64,000 nt of DNA from Desulfurellales bacterium (lineage in GTDB: Bacteria; Campylobacterota_A; Desulfurellia; Desulfurellales; Hippeaceae). The DNA is taken from contig JALVUQ010000048.1 of the NCBI GenBank assembly GCA_027035575.1, positions 20,958 through 84,957 on the forward strand, in the 5' to 3' direction. Numbering within the stretch: position 1 is the first letter of the stretch; each line of letters opens with the position of its first letter. This document shows positions 54,038 to 63,014 of the stretch, one piece after another. The translations under genes and the position numbers were made by a program. Below the pieces are notes generated by a model. It was given only the letters and a program-made list of their open reading frames with translations, made no database searches and was not told the DNA's origin.

Positions 54038-55023
54038 TACTTGCCTTTGATACGTCCTGCGACGATACGTCCGTTTCCTGCTTTTTGGATAAGACAAAAT
54101 ACTCAAACGTAATATCTTCTCAAAATGAAATACACAAAAAATACGGCGGAATAATGCCGGAGGTTGCAGCAAGAAAACACATTGAAAATATAGCATATTT
54201 GACAAAAGAGGCTATGCTGCGTATGGATGCAGCCTTGAGAGATATTGACGAGATTGCCGTGACGGTAGGTCCCGGTCTGCTGCCCTCCTTGCTTGTCGGT
54301 GTCTCGTTTGCAAAAGGGCTTGCCTATGCAAACAAAATCCCGATTTCTCCCGTCAATCACATAGAAGGTCATATTTTTGCTCCATTTATAGAGTATGATA
54401 TTCGTTTTCCTTTTATAGCTTTGGTAATTTCCGGCGGTCATACGCATATATTTCTCGTAAAGTCGGTCGGCGAGTATGTTTTGTTGGGTAAAACGCTTGA
54501 TGATGCCGTGGGAGAGGCATTTGATAAGGTTGCAAGACTGTTGGATGCGGGATACCCCGGAGGTCCTGTTATTGACAAATTGTCAAAAACAGGAAATCCT
54601 TATAGATATAGCATTCCTAAGGGTATGGAAAATAAAAATACGTTAAACTTTAGCTTTAGCGGTACAAAAACATTTGTCAAAAACCTTGTTAATAACGCAT
54701 CTTACTTGTCAATAAGTGATAAAGCCGACATAGCAGCCTCTTTTCAGAGAGCTGCCGTTGATATTTTATGGAAGCGCGCATATGAAGCTTGTCTGCAAAC
54801 GGGCATAAAGAGGCTTGCTGTTTCAGGGGGTGTGTCTGCAAACAGTCTCCTGCGTGAGGAGTTTGCCAAAAATGCCAAAGAGTACGGTATGGGGCTGTTT
54901 ATACCCAAAAAAGAGCTTACAACGGACAATGCTTTGATGATAGCGTTTGCGGCGTCATTAAAACGGTCTCCGACATTTGACTATTCTTCGATAGAGGCAA
55001 ATCCGAGATTGAGAATATATTAG
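54034..55023 (+). CDS. tsaD: tRNA N6-adenosine threonylcarbamoyltransferase
   Basis: 329 aa with ILAFDTSCDDTSVS, NHIEGH and VSGGVSANSLLRE motifs. Confidence 0.93.
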   Translation: MILAFDTSCDDTSVSCFLDKTKYSNVISSQNEIHKKYGGIMPEVAARKHIENIAYLTKEAMLRMDAALRDIDEIAVTVGPGLLPSLLVGVSFAKGLAYANKIPISPVNHIEGHIFAPFIEYDIRFPFIALVISGGHTHIFLVKSVGEYVLLGKTLDDAVGEAFDKVARLLDAGYPGGPVIDKLSKTGNPYRYSIPKGMENKNTLNFSFSGTKTFVKNLVNNASYLSISDKADIAASFQRAAVDILWKRAYEACLQTGIKRLAVSGGVSANSLLREEFAKNAKEYGMGLFIPKKELTTDNALMIAFAASLKRSPTFDYSSIEANPRLRIY

Positions 55024-55026
55024 CTC

Positions 55027-57138
55027 TTACATCAAATCGTCTGCCGACCAGGTCTCTTTTTTGTGTTTCCTGCTCGCAAAAATTAACTCAATTGCGCTGT
55101 TTCCTTCAGTGTAGTCGGTAGTAACAACCGTAAAACTAAGATTGGAAGGGAAATTCTTTATATCTTTAAATCTGTTTTTTACAAGTTGTGGAAGGTTAGA
55201 CAAATAGTTGTCTATTTTTTCAAAATTGTCCGTTTGTTCGTTATATAAGGCAGCAAACATAAACGAATCTCCGCCTATTCTTGAAAGAGCCTTTATATTA
55301 TTGTACTGTTTAAGCTCAGAGAGTGTTTCTGCGGTTTGTATAATCAATTTATCACCGAACTCGTTTCCGTATTTTATATTAAGTAAATCAGTGCTTTTAA
55401 TATCTATTAGGTATAGCTTAAAAGGTATTCCGCTACGCAGCATTGCATCTATCTCGAGAATAAAAGCGCTTCTTTTAAGAAGCCCGCTCATCGGGTCAAT
55501 ATCGGCAAATTTCTTTTTATAACTGTCAAAAGCTTTTGGAATAATAGATTTGTTGCCTACGGCTTTTGCTTCTTGAAAACTGTTAATCAATACATCTATG
55601 GAGCGAATAAATATTTTGTTATCAAGGTGCCCCCTCTCGCTTTTCATAATTTTAATAGCTTTTTTGGGTGAAAACGCATTTCTGTAGGGTCTTGATGTGG
55701 TCAGTGCGTCGAAAACGTCAGCTATGGCAAGAATTCTTGCTCCTATTGTTATCTGTTTTTGGCTGAGAGAGTCCGGATAGCCCCCACCGTCGCATCTTTC
55801 GTGGTGCTGCCTCACCATCTTTGATATTCTTTGCAAGTCCTCCAAGCTTTTAAACTTATTGACCAGTTCATAGGATAGAACAGGGTGGTATTTTATCATT
55901 TCGTACTCTATTTTTGAGAGCGTTGAGGGTTTCAATAAAACCGAATCCGGTATGCTTATTTTGCCTATGTCGTGCAGAAGGCCGGCAACGTATATTTTTT
56001 CTGTTAATTTTTGTTTTAATTTTAGATTTTGAGCTATTCTTTTTGCATAAAATGCCACACGTTGAGAGTGCCCCTTTGTATAAACATCCCTCATCTCTAT
56101 CGTGAGAATGAAGCTGTTAATAATATCTTCTTCGCTTTTTGTTATAATGTTTTTTAATTTGGATAATCTTTTTGCTGAGGATATATAGTTTGTTAGTTTT
56201 TTTGCTATCATTTCCGTAAATTTGACATCGTAAATAGAGAAGTGGTATTCGGATGCGTAGCCGTATCCTATAACGCTCAACAGAGTGCCATTTTCATCAT
56301 AAACGGGTATTGTCAAAATATTGTTTATATTGAACCTCTTCTTTGCTTTTTTCATACACCCTGATTCGTTTTGTGCAAACTCATACCTGAAGACTGCCGC
56401 TCCTTTTATCTTTCTTTTATATATCCTGTATGTAAGCATTTCATTTACATCTTTATTCCTTTTGAATTTTATAAAATGCTCTTGTGGGTTTTTTGATAAA
56501 AAAGCATAGATATTGTATTTTGGGAAAACAAAGCTTATTGCTTTTGAATGTGTATCTTCCAACATAATTTTTAAATTTTCTTCAAGCCATCTTCTTATTG
56601 CTTCTTTATCATCAGATTCAGCAGGCTGAATATCTAAAATATTGAGCCTGTTTTCAACAACATCCATAAACAGTCTGCTTTCAAGTGCTTTTGCTATGAA
56701 TGCCGATAGGAAGTTAAGATTGTCAATATCTCCATCCGTAAAAACCTTTTTTTTACTGAAATTTTCAAGTCCTATCACCGCATTAAATTCAGTTTCAAGT
56801 TTCAATAACAATGCCGATTTAATGCCGGTTTCTTTCCATAAGCAGTTGGCATTTTTATCATGCTGATAATCATAAGAGTTATAAATTCCCTCTTTTATGG
56901 CTTTTAAAAACAGAAGATTTTCATCTTTTGTCCGGGTATAAAGAGAAGCGATGTCTATGGAGTGCTCTTTAAAATAGCCTGAACTCTCTACATATGTTAT
57001 CTCCATATCTTTGACCGAGACGACGCTGCATGCATCAACGCCGAAAAAATTTGCAATTTTATCAAGAATCTCTTGCGTTATGCCGACAGTTGTTATTAAG
57101 TAAGCCAAGTCAACAAGTTTTGCTTTTACATTATTCAT
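55027..57138 (-). CDS. Multidomain c-di-GMP signalling protein: two GAF-like modules, an HD-GYP phosphodiesterase domain, and a C-terminal degenerate GGDEF domain
   Basis: 703 aa. HD-GYP core LLHDIGKISIP...HHERCDGGGYPDSL...IADVFDALTTSRPYR. The C-terminal GGDEF-like fold has DPMSGLLKRSAF and RIGGDSF (GGDEF reads GGDSF), and no RxxD lies upstream. Confidence 0.82.
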   Translation of the reverse strand: MNNVKAKLVDLAYLITTVGITQEILDKIANFFGVDACSVVSVKDMEITYVESSGYFKEHSIDIASLYTRTKDENLLFLKAIKEGIYNSYDYQHDKNANCLWKETGIKSALLLKLETEFNAVIGLENFSKKKVFTDGDIDNLNFLSAFIAKALESRLFMDVVENRLNILDIQPAESDDKEAIRRWLEENLKIMLEDTHSKAISFVFPKYNIYAFLSKNPQEHFIKFKRNKDVNEMLTYRIYKRKIKGAAVFRYEFAQNESGCMKKAKKRFNINNILTIPVYDENGTLLSVIGYGYASEYHFSIYDVKFTEMIAKKLTNYISSAKRLSKLKNIITKSEEDIINSFILTIEMRDVYTKGHSQRVAFYAKRIAQNLKLKQKLTEKIYVAGLLHDIGKISIPDSVLLKPSTLSKIEYEMIKYHPVLSYELVNKFKSLEDLQRISKMVRQHHERCDGGGYPDSLSQKQITIGARILAIADVFDALTTSRPYRNAFSPKKAIKIMKSERGHLDNKIFIRSIDVLINSFQEAKAVGNKSIIPKAFDSYKKKFADIDPMSGLLKRSAFILEIDAMLRSGIPFKLYLIDIKSTDLLNIKYGNEFGDKLIIQTAETLSELKQYNNIKALSRIGGDSFMFAALYNEQTDNFEKIDNYLSNLPQLVKNRFKDIKNFPSNLSFTVVTTDYTEGNSAIELIFASRKHKKETWSADDLM

Positions 57139-57144
57139 AATGCC

Positions 57145-57173
57145 TTTATAGTTTAAGTGTGTAATTATGTCAA
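57145..57173 (-). promoter_or_regulatory. Candidate promoter abutting the HD-GYP start codon
   Basis: Minus strand TTGACA - 17 nt - TATAAA. Only 6 nt (GGCATT) lie between the -10 and the ATG. Alternatively, AAAGG could be a weak Shine-Dalgarno. Confidence 0.4.
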
Positions 57174-57360
57174 TGTAGTATGGTTTTAAAAAATGATTCC
57201 TATAGATTGTTTAATAGAGACATCAAAATAAATTTCCAATTATATATTTAGTTTGCCTGTTTATGCGCCGTATTGAGTAAATGCCTTGTGGCAGTTGACC
57301 TTTCCTAAAAATTCAAGTAAAAGTTTGTAATTGTGGGCAGTATTTCACTTTTTTACATCT

Positions 57361-57861
57361 TTATAAATAGGGCAGTTTTTGAGAGGCGGCTATGCTTGAG
57401 TTGTCAAATCTTCTGTCTTCGGTAACCTCTTTTACCACAACTTGTTTGATTGTTTCGTCCATTTTAAAATCCAACGAGTCCTTTTCGCTTTCAAACTCCA
57501 CTTCAAGGAGCACAAGCCCGCAAAGAGCGTCTTGAAATTCGTCTATTTCATAGGTAAAACCGTCTATATCAAGCAAGTAACGTATTTTGCGTATGGTTTT
57601 TGTTTCATCCGACGAATTCAGAATGTTGTTATAAATTTCTTCTGTGATTTCTTTCTCATATTCTTCCCTGACGAGCCCGTCTCCTTTTTTAATCGTTATG
57701 TAGTATTTATCGTTAAACTGCCTCACCCTGCCCAACTGCTCTTCTCTTTTGATATAATTTTGTGTAATGTTTATTTTTCTAAAATCCATTTTTAACATTC
57801 GCAAGAAAAGCTCCACTCTTAAAGGGAGTAGTAAGTATCTTCTTTCTATCTCTATAGCCAT
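57361..57861 (-). CDS. CYTH-domain (triphosphate tunnel metalloenzyme) protein
   Basis: 166 aa from the ATG at 57861, which has AGGAGG 7 nt upstream. N-terminal EIERRYLL signature, alternating charged beta-strand pattern (RVRQ...YITIKKGDGLVREEYEKEI...KIRYLLDIDGFTYEIDEF...LLEVEFESE). Confidence 0.8.
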   Translation of the reverse strand: MAIEIERRYLLLPLRVELFLRMLKMDFRKINITQNYIKREEQLGRVRQFNDKYYITIKKGDGLVREEYEKEITEEIYNNILNSSDETKTIRKIRYLLDIDGFTYEIDEFQDALCGLVLLEVEFESEKDSLDFKMDETIKQVVVKEVTEDRRFDNSSIAASQKLPYL

Positions 57862-57969
57862 TTTATACCTCCTTTTTGTTGTCAACCTATTTTCATTATT
57901 GCAAATTATTGTTTTGCGGGCAAGTTGAATATAGGTATTAAAGCAGATGAGATTAAGAGCTTGTAAAAC

Positions 57970-57996
57970 TTGACACCCCGAATAATTGGTTATAGT
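57970..57996 (+). promoter_or_regulatory. Candidate promoter of the beta-helix gene
   Basis: TTGACA - 15 nt - TATAGT. The TTG that the ORF track uses as the start at 57970 is part of this -35 hexamer. Confidence 0.4.
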
Positions 57997-58020
57997 CTCT
58001 TTTTTGAGGTAGTTGATGAT

Positions 58021-59235
58021 ATGAACAGTGACTCTAACGCAAAAAAAATCGTTTTTAATCCTGAAACAGTATCAGGCGGCAAAAAAGTATATGAAAACGT
58101 TTTGTATATAATCGAAGAAGCGGATTTTTCAATTAAAGATTCAAGTGTGGAGTTTGTCAACTGTATCTTTAAGTCGGAAAACAGTGAGCGTAAAATAGAT
58201 ATTGAAAAGACGAAAGTTGTTTTTAAACACTGCAATTTTTTTATCCGGACAAGCGTTGGTTTTAGCAACTGTACATTTAACGAATGCAGGTTCGAGCAGA
58301 TAAGCTCAACGGCGCTTTTTGCGGAGAACAGCTCAACCATACACATTGAGAACTGTTTGTTTTATAAAAACGGGACGGAGGATGTTTTGGGCTCTCAAAT
58401 TATAGTTTCGGACTCCGCTTTTTATGCAAAAAACATCACCGTAAAAGACGGCATAAATGCCTTTGGCGTTGAAGGGTTTAACAGCTCTTTGCATCTTGAT
58501 AAAGCTGAAATCCTATTAAATGAGGGCTGCGGAATATCGTTTAAATTTTGCAGGTTTGAAATAAGCCGCAGCATAATCAAAAACAACGGAAGTGGAGATA
58601 ACGACTTTACGCAAGTAATGATTGAAGGTTCAAAAGGTAGTGTATCCGATACAAAAATAGAAGAAGGTTTGAACTCAAACGGCATTGTTGTTACCGATAA
58701 AAGCGGTGTTGATATTGTTCGTTCTAAGGTTTGCAGCCACATAAAAAACGGGATTGCAGCAGAAAGAAGCTCTAATATATCGATAAAAAACTGTCAAATA
58801 GAAAAAAACGGAGATGAATATGAAGAAACCCTCCAGATATGGGTCGATAACTCCACCCTTTTCCTTTCGGATTGTTTGATTCAAGACGGTGTGTGTGGTG
58901 TTTATGCACAAAAAAACAGCTATGTGACCGTTAGCTTAACTCAAATAAAAAACAATCTTGGAGCCGTTTGTGTATTTGAAAGTTCAAAACTCGATATGCG
59001 AGACTGCTTAATCGAAATGACGTTTGAGAAAATACCCGTATGGACAGAAGAATCTTATGCTGTTTTTAAGAATTTGACGTTTACAAACAACGAACATCAA
59101 AAAGTTGTTTATATGGATTCAATGACCTATGTTGATATGCAGAATGTGCGGCTCGATAAGAATTGCAGAGACGCACTCACAATAAAAAACTCAAAAAATG
59201 TGCATACGGAATTGAAATGCCTCAGCGACGGTTGA
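58021..59235 (+). CDS. Right-handed parallel beta-helix repeat protein, no signal peptide (function unknown)
   Basis: 404 aa from the ATG at 58021. Recurring coil-end motifs IENCLFYKNG, ISRSIIKNNG, IKNCQIEKNG and LTQIKNNLG at roughly 60-90-aa intervals, with N/C/S/V-rich short beta-strand periodicity. No N-terminal hydrophobic segment. Confidence 0.65.
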   Translation: MNSDSNAKKIVFNPETVSGGKKVYENVLYIIEEADFSIKDSSVEFVNCIFKSENSERKIDIEKTKVVFKHCNFFIRTSVGFSNCTFNECRFEQISSTALFAENSSTIHIENCLFYKNGTEDVLGSQIIVSDSAFYAKNITVKDGINAFGVEGFNSSLHLDKAEILLNEGCGISFKFCRFEISRSIIKNNGSGDNDFTQVMIEGSKGSVSDTKIEEGLNSNGIVVTDKSGVDIVRSKVCSHIKNGIAAERSSNISIKNCQIEKNGDEYEETLQIWVDNSTLFLSDCLIQDGVCGVYAQKNSYVTVSLTQIKNNLGAVCVFESSKLDMRDCLIEMTFEKIPVWTEESYAVFKNLTFTNNEHQKVVYMDSMTYVDMQNVRLDKNCRDALTIKNSKNVHTELKCLSDG

Positions 59236-59238
59236 TAT

Positions 59239-60897
59239 TTATGCCTTTTTGTGCATTGCCGAGCACTCCTCAAGCAGGCTCAAAATTGTCGGCAGCAGTT
59301 GTTTTTTTCTTGATAAGATACCGGGTAAATAGTACTCGTTTTCATCTGTTTTTTTATACGACAGCATAGTTTCACACTCAAAACCGGAGGTTATCAATAT
59401 GCTGTTTGAACTTATTATGTCTGTTACAAGAAGCATAATCCAATGCAACCCCTTTTTTGCTTTTTGAGCGGCAAGCTCCTCGACTATCTCTCTTTTTCTT
59501 TCTTTAACCGCATTCAGATTGACCGTTTCAATCTGGCTTATACCGAATTTTATCCCGTATTCAGAATATATTTTCAAATCCGATGTAACTATTTCATTTG
59601 CACTCAAAGAGTCTATGGAGCTTGCAGATTTAAACATATCGCTTCCGTATTTTTCTACAAAGACGCCGGCTATTGCAGACAGGTAGTCGGCAGTCTGCCT
59701 GTCAATCTCGGTTGTTGTTGGTGATTTTAAAATAACGGTATCTGAAAGCAAGCCGCTTAAAAGCAGCAGTGCCGTTGTTCTGTCGGGTTTTATGCCGTAG
59801 TGTTTGTAGAGTTGAGTGACAAGCGTGCAGGTGCTTCCTATGGGTTTGCTGAAGAAAAATATGGGATAATCCGTTTTTATCGTGCCCAGTCTGTGATGGT
59901 CTATGATTTCCACGATTTGAGCCGTTTCTATGCCGTTTACAGCCTGAGAAAACTCGTTGTGGTCAACGAGAATGACCTTCTTGGTGTGTTTTTTTATTAT
60001 ATCAGACCTTGTGACTATGCCCCTTAGGTGTTTATCTTCATCCACAACGGGCAGCCCTCTGTAGTTGCTGTTTGCCATAAGCTCCTTTGCCCGTGACAGG
60101 TAGTCGTTTTCTTTGACCGTTAAAGGATTTTTGTTCATAATATAGGATATCGGAATGCTTAATGAGAGCCTTCTTGCCGTTTGGGATGTATCAAACGGAG
60201 AGATAAACACGCATCCCTCGTAACCGGAGAAATCCAAATCGTTTAACTCGTTTTTATCGTCAATACCGGTTAGAACTATACACTTTACGCCGTTTTTTAC
60301 GGCGTAGTTTAATATTTTGCTTCTTTTGCCCACTATAAGCACAACCTTGGAGTAGTCAAACCTTTCTATATAGCTTTTGAATTTGTTAAAAGGCATAGCT
60401 CCTATTATAATTTGCGCCTCGAAGTATCTTTGCCCTTGTTTGAGGTAAAAATACCCGTCCAGGACGTCCTCAAAATTTTCAATATCGAAAAGATACTTTG
60501 GTTTTTTGTTGATTCTGTCTGAAATCAGAAAGTCGGATATTTCAAAAACACTGACTATGCCCTTAAACTCGTCGTTTTCATCTGCTACGGGAATCAGTCT
60601 GATGTTTTTATCCTTAATTGTCTCCATAACCCTAAAAAGCGGAGCACCTTTAGCCAATGCAACTATCTCTTTTGTCATTATATCCTTTACTTTGGGGTAT
60701 ATGTCGTTTACAAGTTTCGGCGCCTCTACGTTGAGGTTTTTTAACACAAAAGCCGTTTGTCTGTTTATATTTCCGCATCTTGCAGGGATGTATGTTTTTG
60801 TTTTGTCAATAGTGCTTTTGAGTTTGGCATAAGCTATTGCGGAACATATCGAGTCCGTATCGGGATTTTTATGCCCTATAACATAGACCGTTTCCAT
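59239..60897 (-). CDS. CBS-domain-containing family II inorganic pyrophosphatase (DHH - CBS/DRTGG/CBS - DHHA2)
   Basis: 552 aa. N-terminal VIGHKNPDTDSICSAIAYA, CBS pair flanking a DRTGG-like segment (VLIVGKRSKILNYAVKNGVKCIVLTG), then VDHNE and IIDHHR DHH motifs and a DHHA2 C-terminus. Confidence 0.82.
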   Translation of the reverse strand: METVYVIGHKNPDTDSICSAIAYAKLKSTIDKTKTYIPARCGNINRQTAFVLKNLNVEAPKLVNDIYPKVKDIMTKEIVALAKGAPLFRVMETIKDKNIRLIPVADENDEFKGIVSVFEISDFLISDRINKKPKYLFDIENFEDVLDGYFYLKQGQRYFEAQIIIGAMPFNKFKSYIERFDYSKVVLIVGKRSKILNYAVKNGVKCIVLTGIDDKNELNDLDFSGYEGCVFISPFDTSQTARRLSLSIPISYIMNKNPLTVKENDYLSRAKELMANSNYRGLPVVDEDKHLRGIVTRSDIIKKHTKKVILVDHNEFSQAVNGIETAQIVEIIDHHRLGTIKTDYPIFFFSKPIGSTCTLVTQLYKHYGIKPDRTTALLLLSGLLSDTVILKSPTTTEIDRQTADYLSAIAGVFVEKYGSDMFKSASSIDSLSANEIVTSDLKIYSEYGIKFGISQIETVNLNAVKERKREIVEELAAQKAKKGLHWIMLLVTDIISSNSILITSGFECETMLSYKKTDENEYYLPGILSRKKQLLPTILSLLEECSAMHKKA

Positions 60898-60927
60898 TTT
60901 TTTCCGCCTTGTAAAATCGTTTTAGCG

Positions 60928-61659
60928 TTACTTTGTTAACTCTTCTGCCAATACCGGCAGCATCTCTTCCGCTTTACCTTTTATGAAAATATCGGTTATT
61001 TCATTTGAGTAGTTTGACGCTTGTATGTTGATTTCTATAATTGTTGCGCCCTCCCTTTTTGCCAGATAGGGAATTTGGCTTGCCGGCATAATCTCTCCGG
61101 TTGTTCCGACAACAAGCATAACATCGCATGTTGATGATAAAAAAGAAGAACGTGAGAGTGCCTCTTGCGGGATTGACTCTTTAAAAAACACAAAATCCGG
61201 CTTCAACACGCCGCTGCACGCCTTGCATTTTGGCGTTTCTTTTGAGCTTAAATCTATCTCTTCTATGCCGAACTTGGCTTTGCATTTGGTGCAGGTTAAG
61301 GTTTTTGCCGTTCCGTGAAACTCCACAACCTCCAAAGAGCCTGCTTCCTGATGCAGCCCGTCAATATTTTGCGTGATAACGGGATATTGGAGCTTTGCCA
61401 GTGCATAGTGAGCCGGATTGGGTTTTGCTTTTGAAATTAAAGAGTAAAAAATCTCTTTTATTAATCTCCAACTTTCATCGGGGTTTTGCATAAAAAAGTC
61501 TATATCAAACATAACAGGGTCGTATTTGCTCCACAATCCGTCTTTACCCCTAAAGGGCGGAATGCCGCTTGCAACTGATATTCCCGCTCCGCTAAAAGCA
61601 ACGGCAAGATTTGCGTTTTTAAGTATATCAACAGCCCGTTTTATGTTGTCATCGCTCAT
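60928..61659 (-). CDS. cobB: NAD-dependent protein deacylase (sirtuin, CobB type)
   Basis: 243 aa with GAGISVASGIPPFRG, QNIDGLH, zinc ribbon CTKCKAKF...CKACSG, and GTTGEIMPA. Confidence 0.9.
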   Translation of the reverse strand: MSDDNIKRAVDILKNANLAVAFSGAGISVASGIPPFRGKDGLWSKYDPVMFDIDFFMQNPDESWRLIKEIFYSLISKAKPNPAHYALAKLQYPVITQNIDGLHQEAGSLEVVEFHGTAKTLTCTKCKAKFGIEEIDLSSKETPKCKACSGVLKPDFVFFKESIPQEALSRSSFLSSTCDVMLVVGTTGEIMPASQIPYLAKREGATIIEINIQASNYSNEITDIFIKGKAEEMLPVLAEELTK

Positions 61660-61676
61660 TTTTTATTCCTTAGAAC

Positions 61677-63014
61677 CTATTTTATCATATGGTTTGGCAG
61701 GAAGTAAACAATTTGAGGAAATAGAGCCAGTATCACCACGACAAACAGCATTATCATAAAAAAAGGAAAACTGTATTTTATTATATTGCCGACCTTCTCG
61801 TTCGATATACCCTCTATGACAAACAGACTGAAGCCTACAGGCGGTGTGATTTGAGCAAGCTCAACCATAATAACAAGAAAAATGCCGAACCACAGAGCTT
61901 CAAAGCCGGCTTGCTGCATAATGGGAAGAATAATGGGTGTTGTCATAACCACCATAGAAACGCCGTCAAGTATGGCACCGAGCAGAAGATACATAAAGCC
62001 CACAATCGCAAGCAGAGCATAGGGAGACAGATGAGAGTGAGCAACATAGAGGCTTAACGACCTGCTTATTTGAGTAAATCCCGCAACTTGAGACAGAAAG
62101 GCTGCCCCCATCATTATAAACGATATCATTGCCGTCGTTTTTATGGCGCTTGTAAGCGAGACCGTAAAATTTTTCAAAGTCAGGTTTCTAAACAGCGCTG
62201 CAATAATCAAAGAGCCCAAAACGCCGAGGGCTGCGGCTTCCGTTGGTGTTGCAAAACCGAGGTATATGCTTCCCAAAACAAAGAGAATCAAAATAATAAC
62301 CGGAGCCAGATTGCCTATCGATTTGAGTTTTTCTTTTGCGGAGTAGCTTTTTTCTTCGGAAGCCGGGACAATGTCAGGTTTGAGTATCGAACTTACGGCT
62401 ATGTATGACGAGTACAAAAAACCGAGCATCAAGCCCGGTATAATGCCGGCTATAAAGAGTTTGCCTATGGATACGTTGGACATAACGCCGTATATAATCA
62501 TAATAAGGCTTGGCGGTATTAAAAATCCCAAAGTTCCTGCGCCTGCCAAAGAGCCGACGGAGAGACTTTTGGAGTAGCCCCTTTTTTGCAGTTCGTTGAG
62601 CGTTATTTTTCCGACTGTTGCCGTTGTTGCAGCGCTTGAGCCTGAGACTGCGGCAAACAAGGAGCAGGCAACAACATTTATGTGCAAAAGTCTGCCGGGG
62701 ACTTTTGAAAACCAGGGCAACAGTCCGTTAAAGAGCTTGCTTGAAATATCGGTGTGGTAGAGTATTTCCCCCATAAAGATAAACAGCGGCAAAGCAACAA
62801 GAGACCAGGAATCCAAGCTGTTCCAGGATGAATTTGCTATCAAACCGCCGATTTTAGACCATATCGATATTGTCGGCGGCAGTGAAAAGTTGTACAGAAG
62901 CATAGTTAGCGCGCCTGTTGCAAAAAGAGAGAACCCTATCCACAGCCCGGATAGCAAAAACGAAAACAGGATTATGACCATTGCTATGAAAAGAATCAAA
63001 GGGTCAGAAATCAC
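61677..63014 (-). CDS. dctM: TRAP transporter large permease (DctM family), substrate unknown
   Basis: 445-aa polytopic membrane protein, followed upstream by small-permease and solute-receptor genes in the typical P-Q-M order. Confidence 0.88.
   Translation of the reverse strand: MISDPLILFIAMVIILFSFLLSGLWIGFSLFATGALTMLLYNFSLPPTISIWSKIGGLIANSSWNSLDSWSLVALPLFIFMGEILYHTDISSKLFNGLLPWFSKVPGRLLHINVVACSLFAAVSGSSAATTATVGKITLNELQKRGYSKSLSVGSLAGAGTLGFLIPPSLIMIIYGVMSNVSIGKLFIAGIIPGLMLGFLYSSYIAVSSILKPDIVPASEEKSYSAKEKLKSIGNLAPVIILILFVLGSIYLGFATPTEAAALGVLGSLIIAALFRNLTLKNFTVSLTSAIKTTAMISFIMMGAAFLSQVAGFTQISRSLSLYVAHSHLSPYALLAIVGFMYLLLGAILDGVSMVVMTTPIILPIMQQAGFEALWFGIFLVIMVELAQITPPVGFSLFVIEGISNEKVGNIIKYSFPFFMIMLFVVVILALFPQIVYFLPNHMIK

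Noticed and set aside
58041-58048. An A8 homopolymer at codons 7-9 of the beta-helix gene, considered as a possible phase-variation tract.
   Set aside because: A8-A9 runs are common in this AT-rich sequence inside essential genes (for example recX near 24367, alaS near 26024, transketolase near 48097). This tract is therefore not distinctive.
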